Source: Hyphomicrobiaceae bacterium | Lineage (GTDB): Bacteria > Pseudomonadota > Alphaproteobacteria > Rhizobiales > Hyphomicrobiaceae | Assembly: GCA_036280295.1 (NCBI GenBank) | Contig: DASURA010000369.1 | Span: forward strand, 1,341 to 65,340 | Reading direction: 5' to 3' | DNA length: 64,000 nucleotides | Shown: one piece after another, positions 46,311 through 55,543 of the stretch | Layout of the letters: each line of letters opens with the position of its first letter | Position numbering within the stretch: the first letter of the stretch is position 1 | Notes under the pieces: generated by a model | Database searches by the model: none | Seen by the model: only the letters and a program-made list of their open reading frames with translations | Told to the model about the DNA's origin: nothing | Program-made: the position numbers and the translations under genes

Positions 46311-46682
46311 ATGCAGTACGCCATCCTCTGCTATAACGACGAGCGGATTACCTGTGCCTGGTCGAAAGAGCATGACGACGCCGTCGTGGCCGCACTTGGC
46401 GCGGTAGCGGAGAAATACGCGAGGGCCGGCAAGCTCGGCCCGGTTGCGCGCCTGCTGCCGACGACGGCGGCGACGACCTTGCGCAAGGATCGCGAGCCCG
46501 CGCTCGTCATCGACGGCCCGTTCGCAGAAACAAAAGAGCAGCTGCTCGGCTTCTACCTCATCGATTGCGACACACTCGATGAAGCGCTGGAGTTCGCGCG
46601 CGAGCTGGCGGCCGTGAACCCCGGCGGCGCGTACGAGATCCGCCCGGTGGCCACCTACATTCCTGGGCGAGCCGTGTCGTGA
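46311..46682 (+). CDS. YciI-like / DGPF-domain protein
   Basis: 123 aa. AGGAG RBS. MQYAILCY... and VIDGPFAETKEQLLGFYLID (DGPF motif). Confidence 0.88.
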   Translation: MQYAILCYNDERITCAWSKEHDDAVVAALGAVAEKYARAGKLGPVARLLPTTAATTLRKDREPALVIDGPFAETKEQLLGFYLIDCDTLDEALEFARELAAVNPGGAYEIRPVATYIPGRAVS

Positions 46683-47932
46683 GCGAGCACGACTGGATCG
46701 GCAGCGTAATCGCCGCGGCGCGGCCCCAGTCGATGGCGGCGCTGCTGCGAGCCTTCCGCGATCTGGACGCGGCGGAGGAGGCCTTTCAGGAAGCGTGCCT
46801 GCGCGCACTGCGGCTCTGGCCCAGAAACGGCCCGCCGCGCGATGCTGCCGCCTGGCTGATCATGGTGGCACGGAATGCCGGCATCGACACGGTGCGCAAG
46901 CAGAGCCGGCTGCAGCCCCTTCCCCCCGACGAGCTCATCTCGGACCTGACGGATGTAGAGAGCGCCGAGGCCGAGCGCATCGACGAGGCCGACTATCGCG
47001 ACGACATCCTGCGGCTGCTGTTCGTGTGCTGCCATCCCGGACTGCCGGCGACGCAGCAGATCGCACTCGCCCTGCGCATCGTCTCCGGGCTCTCCGTGCC
47101 CCAGATCGCACGCGCATTCCTCGTGACCGAGACGGCGATGGAGCAGCGCATCACGCGGGCGAAATCGCGCATCGCCGGCGCACAGGTTCCATTCGAGACC
47201 CCTGGCGCCGTCGAGAGAAGCGAGCGCTTCGCTGCGGTGGCCGCCATGATCTACCTCGTCTTCAACGAGGGCTACACGACGAATGTGGCCGAGCACGCGG
47301 CCAAGGCCCCGCTGTGCGAGGAGGCCATACGTCTGGCTCGCCTTCTGTTGCAGTTGTTCCCGGCCGAGCCGGAGCTGATGGGGCTTGCCGCCCTGATGCT
47401 CCTTCACCATGCCCGCGCGGCAGCGCGCTTCGATGCCGACGGTGCTGCGATTCTGCTCGAGGACCAGGACCGCACGCTCTGGGACGGGCGCCTGATTGCC
47501 GAAGGCCTCGCCCTTGTCGACAAGGCGATCCGCCACCGCCGTCCCGGCCCCTACCAGGTGCAGGCGGCGATCGCGGCGCTGCATGCCCGCGCCGCACGCT
47601 CTTGCGATACCGACTGGGCCGGGATCGACCGCCTCTATGCAACGCTGGAGCGCATGCAGCCGTCGCCGGTGGTTACCCTCAACCGCGCGGTTGCGGTGTG
47701 GAAGGTGCGCGGCGCGGCCGAAGCGCTCGCGATGATCGAGCCGCTGGCGGCAAAGCTCGCCAGCTACTTCTACTTCCACGGCGCCCGCGGCGCGTTCCTG
47801 AAGCAGCTCGGGCGCAGCGAGGAGGCCCGCGTCGCCTTCGACCGCGCCATCTCCCTTGCCAACACGCCTGCGGAAGCCGCCAATATCCGCGGCCAGATCG
47901 AGCGGCTGGCGGGTGCCGGGCCGCAGTCGTGA
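46679..47932 (+). CDS. ECF sigma factor with long C-terminal TPR-like extension (ECF42-type)
   Basis: 417 aa. GTG start overlaps the yciI stop (GTGA). Sigma-2 region (AAWLIMVARNAGIDTVRK) and sigma-4 region (LRIVSGLSVPQIARAFLVTETAMEQRITRAK), then about 230 aa of C-terminal extension. Confidence 0.88.
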   Translation: MSEHDWIGSVIAAARPQSMAALLRAFRDLDAAEEAFQEACLRALRLWPRNGPPRDAAAWLIMVARNAGIDTVRKQSRLQPLPPDELISDLTDVESAEAERIDEADYRDDILRLLFVCCHPGLPATQQIALALRIVSGLSVPQIARAFLVTETAMEQRITRAKSRIAGAQVPFETPGAVERSERFAAVAAMIYLVFNEGYTTNVAEHAAKAPLCEEAIRLARLLLQLFPAEPELMGLAALMLLHHARAAARFDADGAAILLEDQDRTLWDGRLIAEGLALVDKAIRHRRPGPYQVQAAIAALHARAARSCDTDWAGIDRLYATLERMQPSPVVTLNRAVAVWKVRGAAEALAMIEPLAAKLASYFYFHGARGAFLKQLGRSEEARVAFDRAISLANTPAEAANIRGQIERLAGAGPQS

Positions 47933-48165
47933 TACAGGGCGCCTGCCGGTGTACCTGTCGTATCGCAGAGCCCCCGTGCGGGCCTGCTGCCGGAGGATGC
48001 GAATGGGCGGGCGCGAGCGATCGCTTGGATGTTTGCCGCGCTCAGCGCCGACTAGCGTGCTTTCGACGCGCAATTGCCGGTTTTCACCGGCAGGCTATAG
48101 GGCCGGGCAGTCGTCGAACCCGGCGGGAGCTTGGAGGTCAGGTCAGTCGAAAAATGTTTCGACCC

Positions 48166-48198
48166 GGTGTCGGATCCAGAGCTTGCCGAACGTCCTTG
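48166..48198 (+). promoter_or_regulatory. Candidate ECF-sigma promoter upstream of the tandem SRPBCC gene
   Basis: GGTGTCGG-N17-CGTCCTTG, identical in both boxes and in spacing to 46239-46271. It ends 27 nt upstream of ATG 48225. Confidence 0.6.
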
Positions 48199-48224
48199 CC
48201 GCAGACAACGACGAGGAGCACATC

Positions 48225-49181
48225 ATGTCCCAGAAGGCACAATCAAAGTCGGCCAAGCCGAGCACCAACACGGTCCGGCTGCACCGCGTGCTCGCCACCA
48301 GGCCCGAGAAGGTCTATCGCGCGTTCCTGGATGCGGGGGCAATGGCCAAGTGGCTGCCGCCCAGCGGTTTTACATGCAAGGTCCACCATTTCGATGCCAA
48401 GGTGGGCGGCACGTTCAGGATGTCGTTCACGAACTTCACGACCGGCAACAGCCACTTCTTCGGCGGTCAATTCCTGGAGCTTCTTCCCCAGGAGCGCATC
48501 CGCTACACGGATCAATTCGACGATCCGAACCTTCCGGGCGTCATGGAGGTGACTGTTTCACTCAAGTCCGTTTCCGTGGGCACGGAGATGGAGATCGAGC
48601 AGGCAGGGATCCCGGCCGCCATCCCGCTCGAAGCCTGCTATCTGGGTTGGCAGCAGTCGCTGCGTCAGCTCGCCGAGCTTGTTGAGCCGGCGATTGCCGA
48701 AGAGGCCAGCCAGGCCGAGCCAGCTCAGGCGGCAGATCGCCAGCAGGCGAGTGCAGCCACCCCCACGAAGATCACCGTGGAGACCACAGTCGCCGCGCCC
48801 ATCGATCGGGTCTGGCACGCCTATACGGCGCCCGAGGACATCATGCGGTGGAACGCGGCATCGGCCGACTGGCACACGACGGCTGCAAGCGTGGACCTGC
48901 GCGAAGGCGGCGCCTTCTCGTCGCGCATGGAGGCCAAGGACGGCAGCATGGGGTTCGACTTTGCGGGAACCTATACGAAGATCGTGGCGCACAAGCTCAT
49001 CGAATATTCGTTCGGCGATCGCGCGGCGCAAATCACCTTCACGCCAGGCAAGAAGGGCGTCTCCGTCCGCGTCGCCTTCGACAGCGAACCGACCCACTCC
49101 ATCGAGCAGCAGCGCGCGGGTTGGCAGGCGATCCTCGACAACTTTGCGAGGCACGTCGAGGCAAAGCAGGCCAAATCGTAA
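48225..49181 (+). CDS. Tandem SRPBCC (Aha1/AHSA1-like) domain protein
   Basis: 318 aa from MSQKAQSK (GAGGAG RBS). Two repeats (RVLATRPEKVYRAFLDAGAMAKW... and VAAPIDRVWHAYTAPEDIMRWN...) joined by an acidic/Ala linker. Confidence 0.82.
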   Translation: MSQKAQSKSAKPSTNTVRLHRVLATRPEKVYRAFLDAGAMAKWLPPSGFTCKVHHFDAKVGGTFRMSFTNFTTGNSHFFGGQFLELLPQERIRYTDQFDDPNLPGVMEVTVSLKSVSVGTEMEIEQAGIPAAIPLEACYLGWQQSLRQLAELVEPAIAEEASQAEPAQAADRQQASAATPTKITVETTVAAPIDRVWHAYTAPEDIMRWNAASADWHTTAASVDLREGGAFSSRMEAKDGSMGFDFAGTYTKIVAHKLIEYSFGDRAAQITFTPGKKGVSVRVAFDSEPTHSIEQQRAGWQAILDNFARHVEAKQAKS

Positions 49182-49338
49182 GCCCGCATCGATCCGGCCA
49201 TGCGCGCCCGGCTGCCGGACAACAGTACCTTGACCGATGTCGATGCATCTATCGGGGGTGCCGGTTGCTGCGCGCATGTTGCGGCGCCCCCTCGGCCGGA
49301 TCCGAACCGATACGGTCTTTAGGTAAACTGAAGCCGGC

Positions 49339-51585
49339 GTGAGCCGTCCGGCTTCTCACCTGCGCACGAGAGTGCAATGGTACCCCGAAAGCCTCCTTGG
49401 AGGGGTGCGATACGTGGCGGACGCAGGCAAATCCCGGCTGCCGACCTGTATTCTTGCTGGCGCCGCACTCGGGCTCATTGTCGGCCTCGTCGTGGGTGAG
49501 CGCGCCGCTGTGCTGCAACCTCTTGGCATTGCCTATGCCAAGATGCTGGAGATCGCGGTCTTCCCCTATCTCATTTGCTCCCTCTTGGTTGCATTGGGCG
49601 GGCTTACGCGAGAGCGGGCGGGCCGCCTGTTGCGCTCGAGCTGGTCGGTCTATCTCGTCCTGTGGGGGCTGGCCTTTCTCACCATTTTCCTGATTGGCAC
49701 CTTCATCCCTCCTGCACCCGCGCCAAGCATCCTCACCGCCGACTCGTCACGCGCCGCCGCGAGTCTTTTCGATCTGCTCATCCCCGCCAACATCGCCGTC
49801 GCGTTGGAGCGAAATTTCGTGCCTGCTATCGTGGTGTTCGCGGCACTTTATGCCGTAGCCATCCAGGAGCTGCCGAAAAAGGCGGCTTTGCTCGACATCA
49901 TGGAGGTTCTGCGCAAGGCCAGTGTCGTCATTTGGAGCTGGATCGTCTATTTTGCCCCGCTCGGCGTCTTTGCGCTCTTCGCGAGCACCGCGGGAACGGT
50001 CGATGCGTCCGGCGCCGGCCACCTTGCCGTCTATGCGGCGCTGTTCCTGTTCGGCACGGTCGTGCTCGCCTTCGTGATATTGCCCCTGCTGCTCAGTTGG
50101 CTGGTACCGCAGGGCTACGGTGCCATCCTCGCCGAGTTGCGACCGGCGCTGACACTCGCCCTCGTGACCACGCTGTCCGTTGCGGCTCTGCCGTTCATCC
50201 AAAAGGCCGCGGACGAATTGTGCCGCCAACAGAAGATAGCAGGCGGGGAGGCCAGCGACGTCATCAATGCCAGCCTCTCCATCGGCTACGTGCTCGCCCA
50301 GCTCGGCAACTATTTCATTGCGCTCTTCATTGTCTTCGCCGCCTTTCATCAGCGGATTGCGCTCACCGGGACGGAATGGGCCCTGCTGCCCTTCATGACC
50401 TTGCTCTCCGGCATCGGCTCGCCGAGCGCGTCAGTGGACGCCGTCGCCTTCCTCGCAGGATGGCTGCGGCTGCCGGTGGAAGCGACGACGAACCTCTATG
50501 TCGAGACCATGACTGTCACGCGCTATGGACAGGTGGCGCTTTCCGTGATGGCCTTTGCCTTCGTCACATTCGCCGTGACAATGGTGTATTTCGGCCGCGC
50601 CAAGGTGGCGCTGCGTCCGGTCGCCATCGCTTTCGCGCTGACCGGGGTGGTGTTCGGCGCATTGGCCGTCGGCGGCCGCATGCTGTCCAATCGCCTCTTC
50701 CCGGCGCCGACTGACGCGGAGATCATGGCGCGCACGCTCGATCCAGCCCTTGTGAAGGCGGTCGATGTCGTCATCCATCGTGATCGGCCGGCCGGACTGG
50801 AGCCGCTCTCCGGCGTCGCGACCCTGGAGGGTATCCGCGCACGGGGCCGCCTGCGCGTCGGTTATGGCAAGAACATCCTGCCGTTCAGCTATTTCAACGG
50901 GGCCGGAAATCTCGTCGGTTATGACGTCGCGGCTGCCTATCGTCTCGCCCGCGACTTGCATCTCGGCATTGAATTTGTGCCTGTCAGTTGGTCTGGCCTC
51001 GAAGAGGACCTCATCGCTGGGCGCTTCGATATCGTGATGGCGGGCGCCTATGCGACCCCGGAGCGGCTGCGGATGCTCAGCGTTTCTGATTTCTATCTGG
51101 TCAATCCTGTCGCGCTCATCGTCCGATCCGGAGATGTAACGCGCTTCATGTCCTATGGCGAGATCGCCGCACAGCCCGGCGTGCATATAGCGGTGTTCCG
51201 CGATCCGGTTCTTGAACCGCTGGTCCAAGGGCTGTTTCCCAAGGCGAAACTCACAGTGCTGGAAAGCTATGACGAGCTGCCCGCCCGCCCGGATATCGAT
51301 GCTGCAATCTGGACCCGCGATCAGGCGGCGGCGTGGACGGGGGCGCGCTCCGGCTTTACGGCGGTGGTGCCGTCAGACATGGGCGGGCCGCTGCCTTTCT
51401 CCTATCTGCTGCCGCCGGACTCGCACGACATGCTGCGCTATGTGAACCTGTGGATCCAGCTCGAACAGGCCCGGGATATCCGCCAGCGGGCGTTCGATTA
51501 TTGGGTCAAGGGCAAGCCGCGTGAGGCGACGCGCCCGCGGTGGACTCTCATCGACAACGTTTTGCTTCCGATGTTTGGGCGGTGA
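49339..51585 (+). CDS. DAACS-family (dicarboxylate/amino acid:cation symporter-like) transporter fused to a C-terminal family-3 periplasmic solute-binding domain
   Basis: 748-aa ORF; start uncertain (a GTG at 49414 behind GGAGGGG is plausible). N-terminal 400+ aa are polytopic and GltP-like (KMLEIAVFPYLICSLLVALGGL, LVTTLSVAALPFIQKAA). An extra TM segment (VAIAFALTGVVFGALAVGG) precedes an SBP_bac_3-like domain (RLRVGYGKNILPFSYFNGAGNLVGYDVAAAYRLARDL...FDIVMAG). Confidence 0.8.
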   Translation: MSRPASHLRTRVQWYPESLLGGVRYVADAGKSRLPTCILAGAALGLIVGLVVGERAAVLQPLGIAYAKMLEIAVFPYLICSLLVALGGLTRERAGRLLRSSWSVYLVLWGLAFLTIFLIGTFIPPAPAPSILTADSSRAAASLFDLLIPANIAVALERNFVPAIVVFAALYAVAIQELPKKAALLDIMEVLRKASVVIWSWIVYFAPLGVFALFASTAGTVDASGAGHLAVYAALFLFGTVVLAFVILPLLLSWLVPQGYGAILAELRPALTLALVTTLSVAALPFIQKAADELCRQQKIAGGEASDVINASLSIGYVLAQLGNYFIALFIVFAAFHQRIALTGTEWALLPFMTLLSGIGSPSASVDAVAFLAGWLRLPVEATTNLYVETMTVTRYGQVALSVMAFAFVTFAVTMVYFGRAKVALRPVAIAFALTGVVFGALAVGGRMLSNRLFPAPTDAEIMARTLDPALVKAVDVVIHRDRPAGLEPLSGVATLEGIRARGRLRVGYGKNILPFSYFNGAGNLVGYDVAAAYRLARDLHLGIEFVPVSWSGLEEDLIAGRFDIVMAGAYATPERLRMLSVSDFYLVNPVALIVRSGDVTRFMSYGEIAAQPGVHIAVFRDPVLEPLVQGLFPKAKLTVLESYDELPARPDIDAAIWTRDQAAAWTGARSGFTAVVPSDMGGPLPFSYLLPPDSHDMLRYVNLWIQLEQARDIRQRAFDYWVKGKPREATRPRWTLIDNVLLPMFGR

Positions 51586-52490
51586 TGCGCGCGAGGGGCT
51601 CGATATGCCGGCCGATTGCTCCGATGGTGGCGCCAACGAAAATCGGCGCGTCTTCCTGGCCTAGACTGTCGCTGTGAAAAGGTAGTAGCCGATGCTGCAA
51701 AACAGCCGGCGGCTCCTGTGTCGCTCGGCGATCGCTTCGGTCCACGCGGAGAGCTCGCTTGCACTGATTGCGGCAGCCACGTGCGCGTTGCGCCCGAGCC
51801 GGGTGAAATAGTCCGCAGGAGATTGGGCTCAAACAGCACGATACGGGTCACAATCTCGATACGATCAAAGCCCTCGTCCTCAAGCATCCCTCTCAACGAG
51901 CGCACCAGCCAGCCCTGGCGGACCCCAACGTCACATTCATGCTGGAGAATGCGTCGCGTCAGCGCGCGATCGGCGGCATTGATCGCGTTGGTTTCGAAAT
52001 CAGGCTCGATCAGCGCGATCGAGCCTCCCGGGCGCACGACGCGCTTGAGCTCGGACAGCGCGGCGCCCGGATCGTCGAGATAGATCAGCAACCGCTCCGC
52101 GCGGCCGATATCGAAGCTGCCAGCGTTGAAAGGCAGCTGCGCAGCGTCGCCTTGCCGAAAGTCGATGGAGAGACCCGTCGCCTCGGCTCGCCGCCGCGCC
52201 TCCGCAATAAAGACGGCACTCGCATCAAGGCCTGTGACCGATCCGGTCGGGCCAACGCGCTTCGCCAGACGCAAGGTTTCAAGCCCAAATCCGCAGCCGA
52301 CGTCCAGCACGGAACGGCCAACCGTGACTCCGGTCCGTTCCAACGCGATCGCCTTGAGATCTTGGATCTCCTTCTGTGCATCGAAGGTCTCGAGAGCGCG
52401 GACATAGGCGGCGGCGTCCGTGACATCATCCAGATGCTCGAAGTTCTGCAACGAGACACCGCCTGATCCGGTTGCATCGGTGGGCGTCAT
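51498..52490 (-). CDS. Class I SAM-dependent methyltransferase, probably frameshifted near 51.82 kb
   Basis: ATG 52490 with GGAGG RBS. SAM motif VLDVGCGFG, RVVRPGGSIALIEPD. After ...RIVLFEPN the frame degenerates into Arg/Ser/Pro-rich sequence and overlaps the convergent gene. Another frame gives a plausible C-terminus ending at TAG 51661. Confidence 0.7.
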   Translation of the reverse strand: MTPTDATGSGGVSLQNFEHLDDVTDAAAYVRALETFDAQKEIQDLKAIALERTGVTVGRSVLDVGCGFGLETLRLAKRVGPTGSVTGLDASAVFIAEARRRAEATGLSIDFRQGDAAQLPFNAGSFDIGRAERLLIYLDDPGAALSELKRVVRPGGSIALIEPDFETNAINAADRALTRRILQHECDVGVRQGWLVRSLRGMLEDEGFDRIEIVTRIVLFEPNLLRTISPGSGATRTWLPQSVQASSPRGPKRSPSDTGAAGCFAASATTFSQRQSRPGRRADFRWRHHRSNRPAYRAPRAHHRPNIGSKTLSMRVHRGRVASRGLPLTQ

Positions 52491-53737
52491 ATTCGCCTCC
52501 GTGGAACGGCAACTCGATCGCAGTTCGTTACCGCCCCTGTTCAGGCTGGCCTGATCCATGCATCAGGCGTTGAGCCTTGGTTGAGGGGTGTGGCCAAGAT
52601 CGCTGGAACGCGCAGCAATTCCTTGCCACACGAGTGCTTCGCGTCACCGCGCCAACGCCACACCGCATCCACGGCCACGAACGCCAGGATCGCCTCCTTG
52701 GCCGCGCTGTCGTTCCAGGACAGGAGCGGATCAAAGGTCTGGGCCAGAGCAGGCGTCCTGAGCATGGGCACCGTCAGGATAGGGGACGCCGCCAATTACG
52801 CGCCGTCGCCGCCTGGATTGCCAGCACCTCCTCGTAGGCCTTATGGCCCTCTCGTAGGCGTGTTTGTGGGCCTACGCGTTGCCGAACGCGAACCGCCCCG
52901 CCGGCGTGTCGACCTGCCGGAATGCCTCCGCCGCGGCCAGGTAGTCGTTGCGATGCGGCCGCACCTCCACCAGGTGGTGGTCGTTGGACACGATGCCGCC
53001 CACCCCATCGCCGGCGCCAAGGATACGCCAAGCCGCGATAGCGGCGGCGGAAGCCGCCGGCCACGCTGTGCCATCCGCCTGCACCGATCACATCGCAGTC
53101 TGCATGCTGTCGGGGACTCTTGAATGTTGGGCAGAACGAGGAAATAGGGAGTAACCCGTAAATCCTATCCTCGTTTCTCCTGGGTGCCTGGCGGACAGCG
53201 CCTCATACGAATAGAGCCCATCAAATAGAGCCAATCGCCGCCATGCGAAACGGGATCGCCGACCCTCCTACGGCATCCGTCCGCAGCAGGTGATCGGGTC
53301 CATGGGCGTGACGAAATACGAGATGCGCCCGGACGGCACGCCGGCGCTGGGTCGCAGAGGCCACCGCCCTGTTCATCGACGACAGACCGGGCAAGCGGAG
53401 GGCATCAAGCATATCATCGGCCGATGGCCGATCTTCGCCTCCGGCAATTTCCGACGGCGACAAGCAGATCCCGGAGTACATCGCAGCCTGCAGCGGCGCT
53501 GTTTCATGGCCGACGCAAGTGCTGGCCTGATCATGACCTGCCTTTTCGACTTGCGCCGCCTGGCCAATCCCGGCATCGGCCGCTGGGCCAGCGATTCCGG
53601 CCTCGGCTACACGTATTTCGACAGATGATCTTGCTCGCGGCGATAGCAGGCGATAGACGGTGCGAATTTTCGCTTTTGATTTCAGCGAGTTGTGTGGTGA
53701 TTCCGAGCGCCAGCGATAGTCCGCGAAGGACGCCAAA

Positions 53738-55285
53738 TCATTCCCACTCGATCGTTCCCGGCGGCTTGGATGTCACGTCGTATACGACCCGGTTGATGCC
53801 GTTCACCTCGTTGATGATCCGGGTCGCGGCCCGGCCCAGTACGTCGTGGGGGAACTCGAAGTAATCCGCGGTCATGCCGTCGGTCGAGGTGACGGCGCGC
53901 AGGGCGCAGACCTTGTCGTAGGTCCTCGCGTCTCCCATGACCCCGACCGTGCGCACCGGCAGCAGCACTGCGAACGCCTGCCAGATCCTGTCGTACAGAC
54001 CGGCCTTGCGGATCTCGTCCAGGAAGATGGCGTCGGCTTGGCGCAAAACCTCCAGGTCGCCGCGGCCCACCTCCCCCAGCACACGGATCGCCAGGCCCGG
54101 CCCCGGGAAGGGATGGCGGCCGATGAAGGTCTCCGGCAACCCCAGCTCGCGGCCGAGCGCGCGCACCTCGTCCTTGAACAGCTCGCGCAGCGGCTCGACC
54201 AGCTTGAGGTTCATGCGCTCGGGCAGGCCGCCGACGTTGTGGTGCGACTTGATGGTGACGGACGGGCCGCCGGTGAAGGAAACGCTCTCGATCACGTCGG
54301 GATAGAGCGTGCCCTGGGCCAGGAACTCGGCGCCGCCGAGCCTGGCCGCCTCCTCCTCGAACACCTCGACAAACAAGGCGCCGATGGTCTTGCGCTTTTC
54401 CTCCGGATCCGCCTTGCCCTCCAGCGCCGTCAGGAACCGTGCACTCGCGTCCACATGCACCAGCGGGATGTTGTAATGGCCGCGGAACAGCGACACCACC
54501 TCCTGAGCCTCGTTCTGCCTGAGTAAGCCGTGGTCGACGAAAATGCAGGTGAGCTGGTCGCCGATCGCCTCGTGGATCAGCACCGCGGCGACGGCGCTGT
54601 CGACGCCGCCTGAGAGGCCGCAGATCACACGCCCCTTGCCCACTTGGCCGCGGATCCGGGCGATCTCGCTCGACTTGAAGTGCGCCATGCTCCAGTCGCC
54701 CGGCAGCCCGGCAATCTTGCGTACGAAGTTGCCGAGCAGCGCCGCGCCGCGTGGCGTGTGCGCGACCTCCGGGTGGAACTGCACGGCGTACAGGCGGCGC
54801 TGCTCATCGGCAATGGCGGCGAACGGCGCGCCCTTGGAGATCGCCACCACCTTGAAGCCGGGCGGCAGGGCGGTGACGCGGTCGCCGTGGCTCATCCAGA
54901 CCGTGTCCGTCTCGCCTTCCCGCCACACGCCCTCGAACAGCGCCGACTCGGCCGTCACCTCCAGCTCGGCACGGCCGAACTCGCGGTGGTGCCCGCCCTC
55001 GACGCCGCCGCCGAGCTGCGCCACCATCGTCTGCTCGCCGTAGCAGATGCCGAGAACAGGAAGTCCGGACTGGAATACCCAGTCGGGCGCTCGGGGGGTG
55101 CCGAACTCGGTCACGCTGGCCGGACCGCCGGAGAGGATCACCGCCTTCGGCTTCAGCCGGTCGAGGGCATCCTGGGCGCGGTTGAAGGGCACGATCTCGG
55201 AATAGACCCCTTGCTCGCGCACCCGGCGTGCGATGAGCTGGGTGACCTGGCTGCCGAAGTCGATGATGAGGACGGTATCGGTCAT
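53738..55285 (-). CDS. guaA: GMP synthase (glutamine-hydrolysing)
   Basis: 515 aa from [13 protein letters not shown]. GATase Cys motif GICYG, PP-loop GLSGGVDS, C-terminal ...[14 protein letters not shown]. Confidence 0.98.
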   Translation of the reverse strand: MTDTVLIIDFGSQVTQLIARRVREQGVYSEIVPFNRAQDALDRLKPKAVILSGGPASVTEFGTPRAPDWVFQSGLPVLGICYGEQTMVAQLGGGVEGGHHREFGRAELEVTAESALFEGVWREGETDTVWMSHGDRVTALPPGFKVVAISKGAPFAAIADEQRRLYAVQFHPEVAHTPRGAALLGNFVRKIAGLPGDWSMAHFKSSEIARIRGQVGKGRVICGLSGGVDSAVAAVLIHEAIGDQLTCIFVDHGLLRQNEAQEVVSLFRGHYNIPLVHVDASARFLTALEGKADPEEKRKTIGALFVEVFEEEAARLGGAEFLAQGTLYPDVIESVSFTGGPSVTIKSHHNVGGLPERMNLKLVEPLRELFKDEVRALGRELGLPETFIGRHPFPGPGLAIRVLGEVGRGDLEVLRQADAIFLDEIRKAGLYDRIWQAFAVLLPVRTVGVMGDARTYDKVCALRAVTSTDGMTADYFEFPHDVLGRAATRIINEVNGINRVVYDVTSKPPGTIEWE

Positions 55286-55543
55286 GGGGGCTCCAGGGGG
55301 GGTTCCAGGTGGCGAGGCGGTAGCCAGGATGTTGCCGGGCTTTGAGAATCGTCCCGCGTGATGCCGCGATACAGCACCCGCGCCGCAGGGGGTCAAGCGG
55401 AGGCTCCGCCCGCGGTATCCTGGCCGGTTTCCGGGCCGATCCCCTGGCCGACGGCCCGTCTCCTGCTGCGCCGTGTTTGCAATCGGCCGCGCATCTTCTA
55501 CACGGTTTATCTCGCAGCCGCAGCAACAGCGATGGAGGTTCCT

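Noticed and set aside
48147-48163. Small palindrome GTCGAAA-aat-TTTCGAC just upstream of the second ECF-type promoter.
   Set aside because: It is short (7-bp arms) and not repeated at the first promoter. It may be a regulator site, but the evidence is insufficient.
52511-52520. Short match (ACTCGATCG) between 52512-52520 and the guaA 3' end (53746-53754), considered as possible att direct repeats of an island.
   Set aside because: Only 9 nt are identical and the flanks diverge immediately, which is compatible with chance. It does not count as an att site.
52541-53736. Minus-strand ORFs of 84, 70 and 171 aa (52541-52795, 52872-53084, 53221-53736), plus overlapping plus-strand ORFs.
   Set aside because: Only short sub-segments look protein-like and the frames keep switching. 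I treat them as pseudogene debris (see finding) rather than as CDS.
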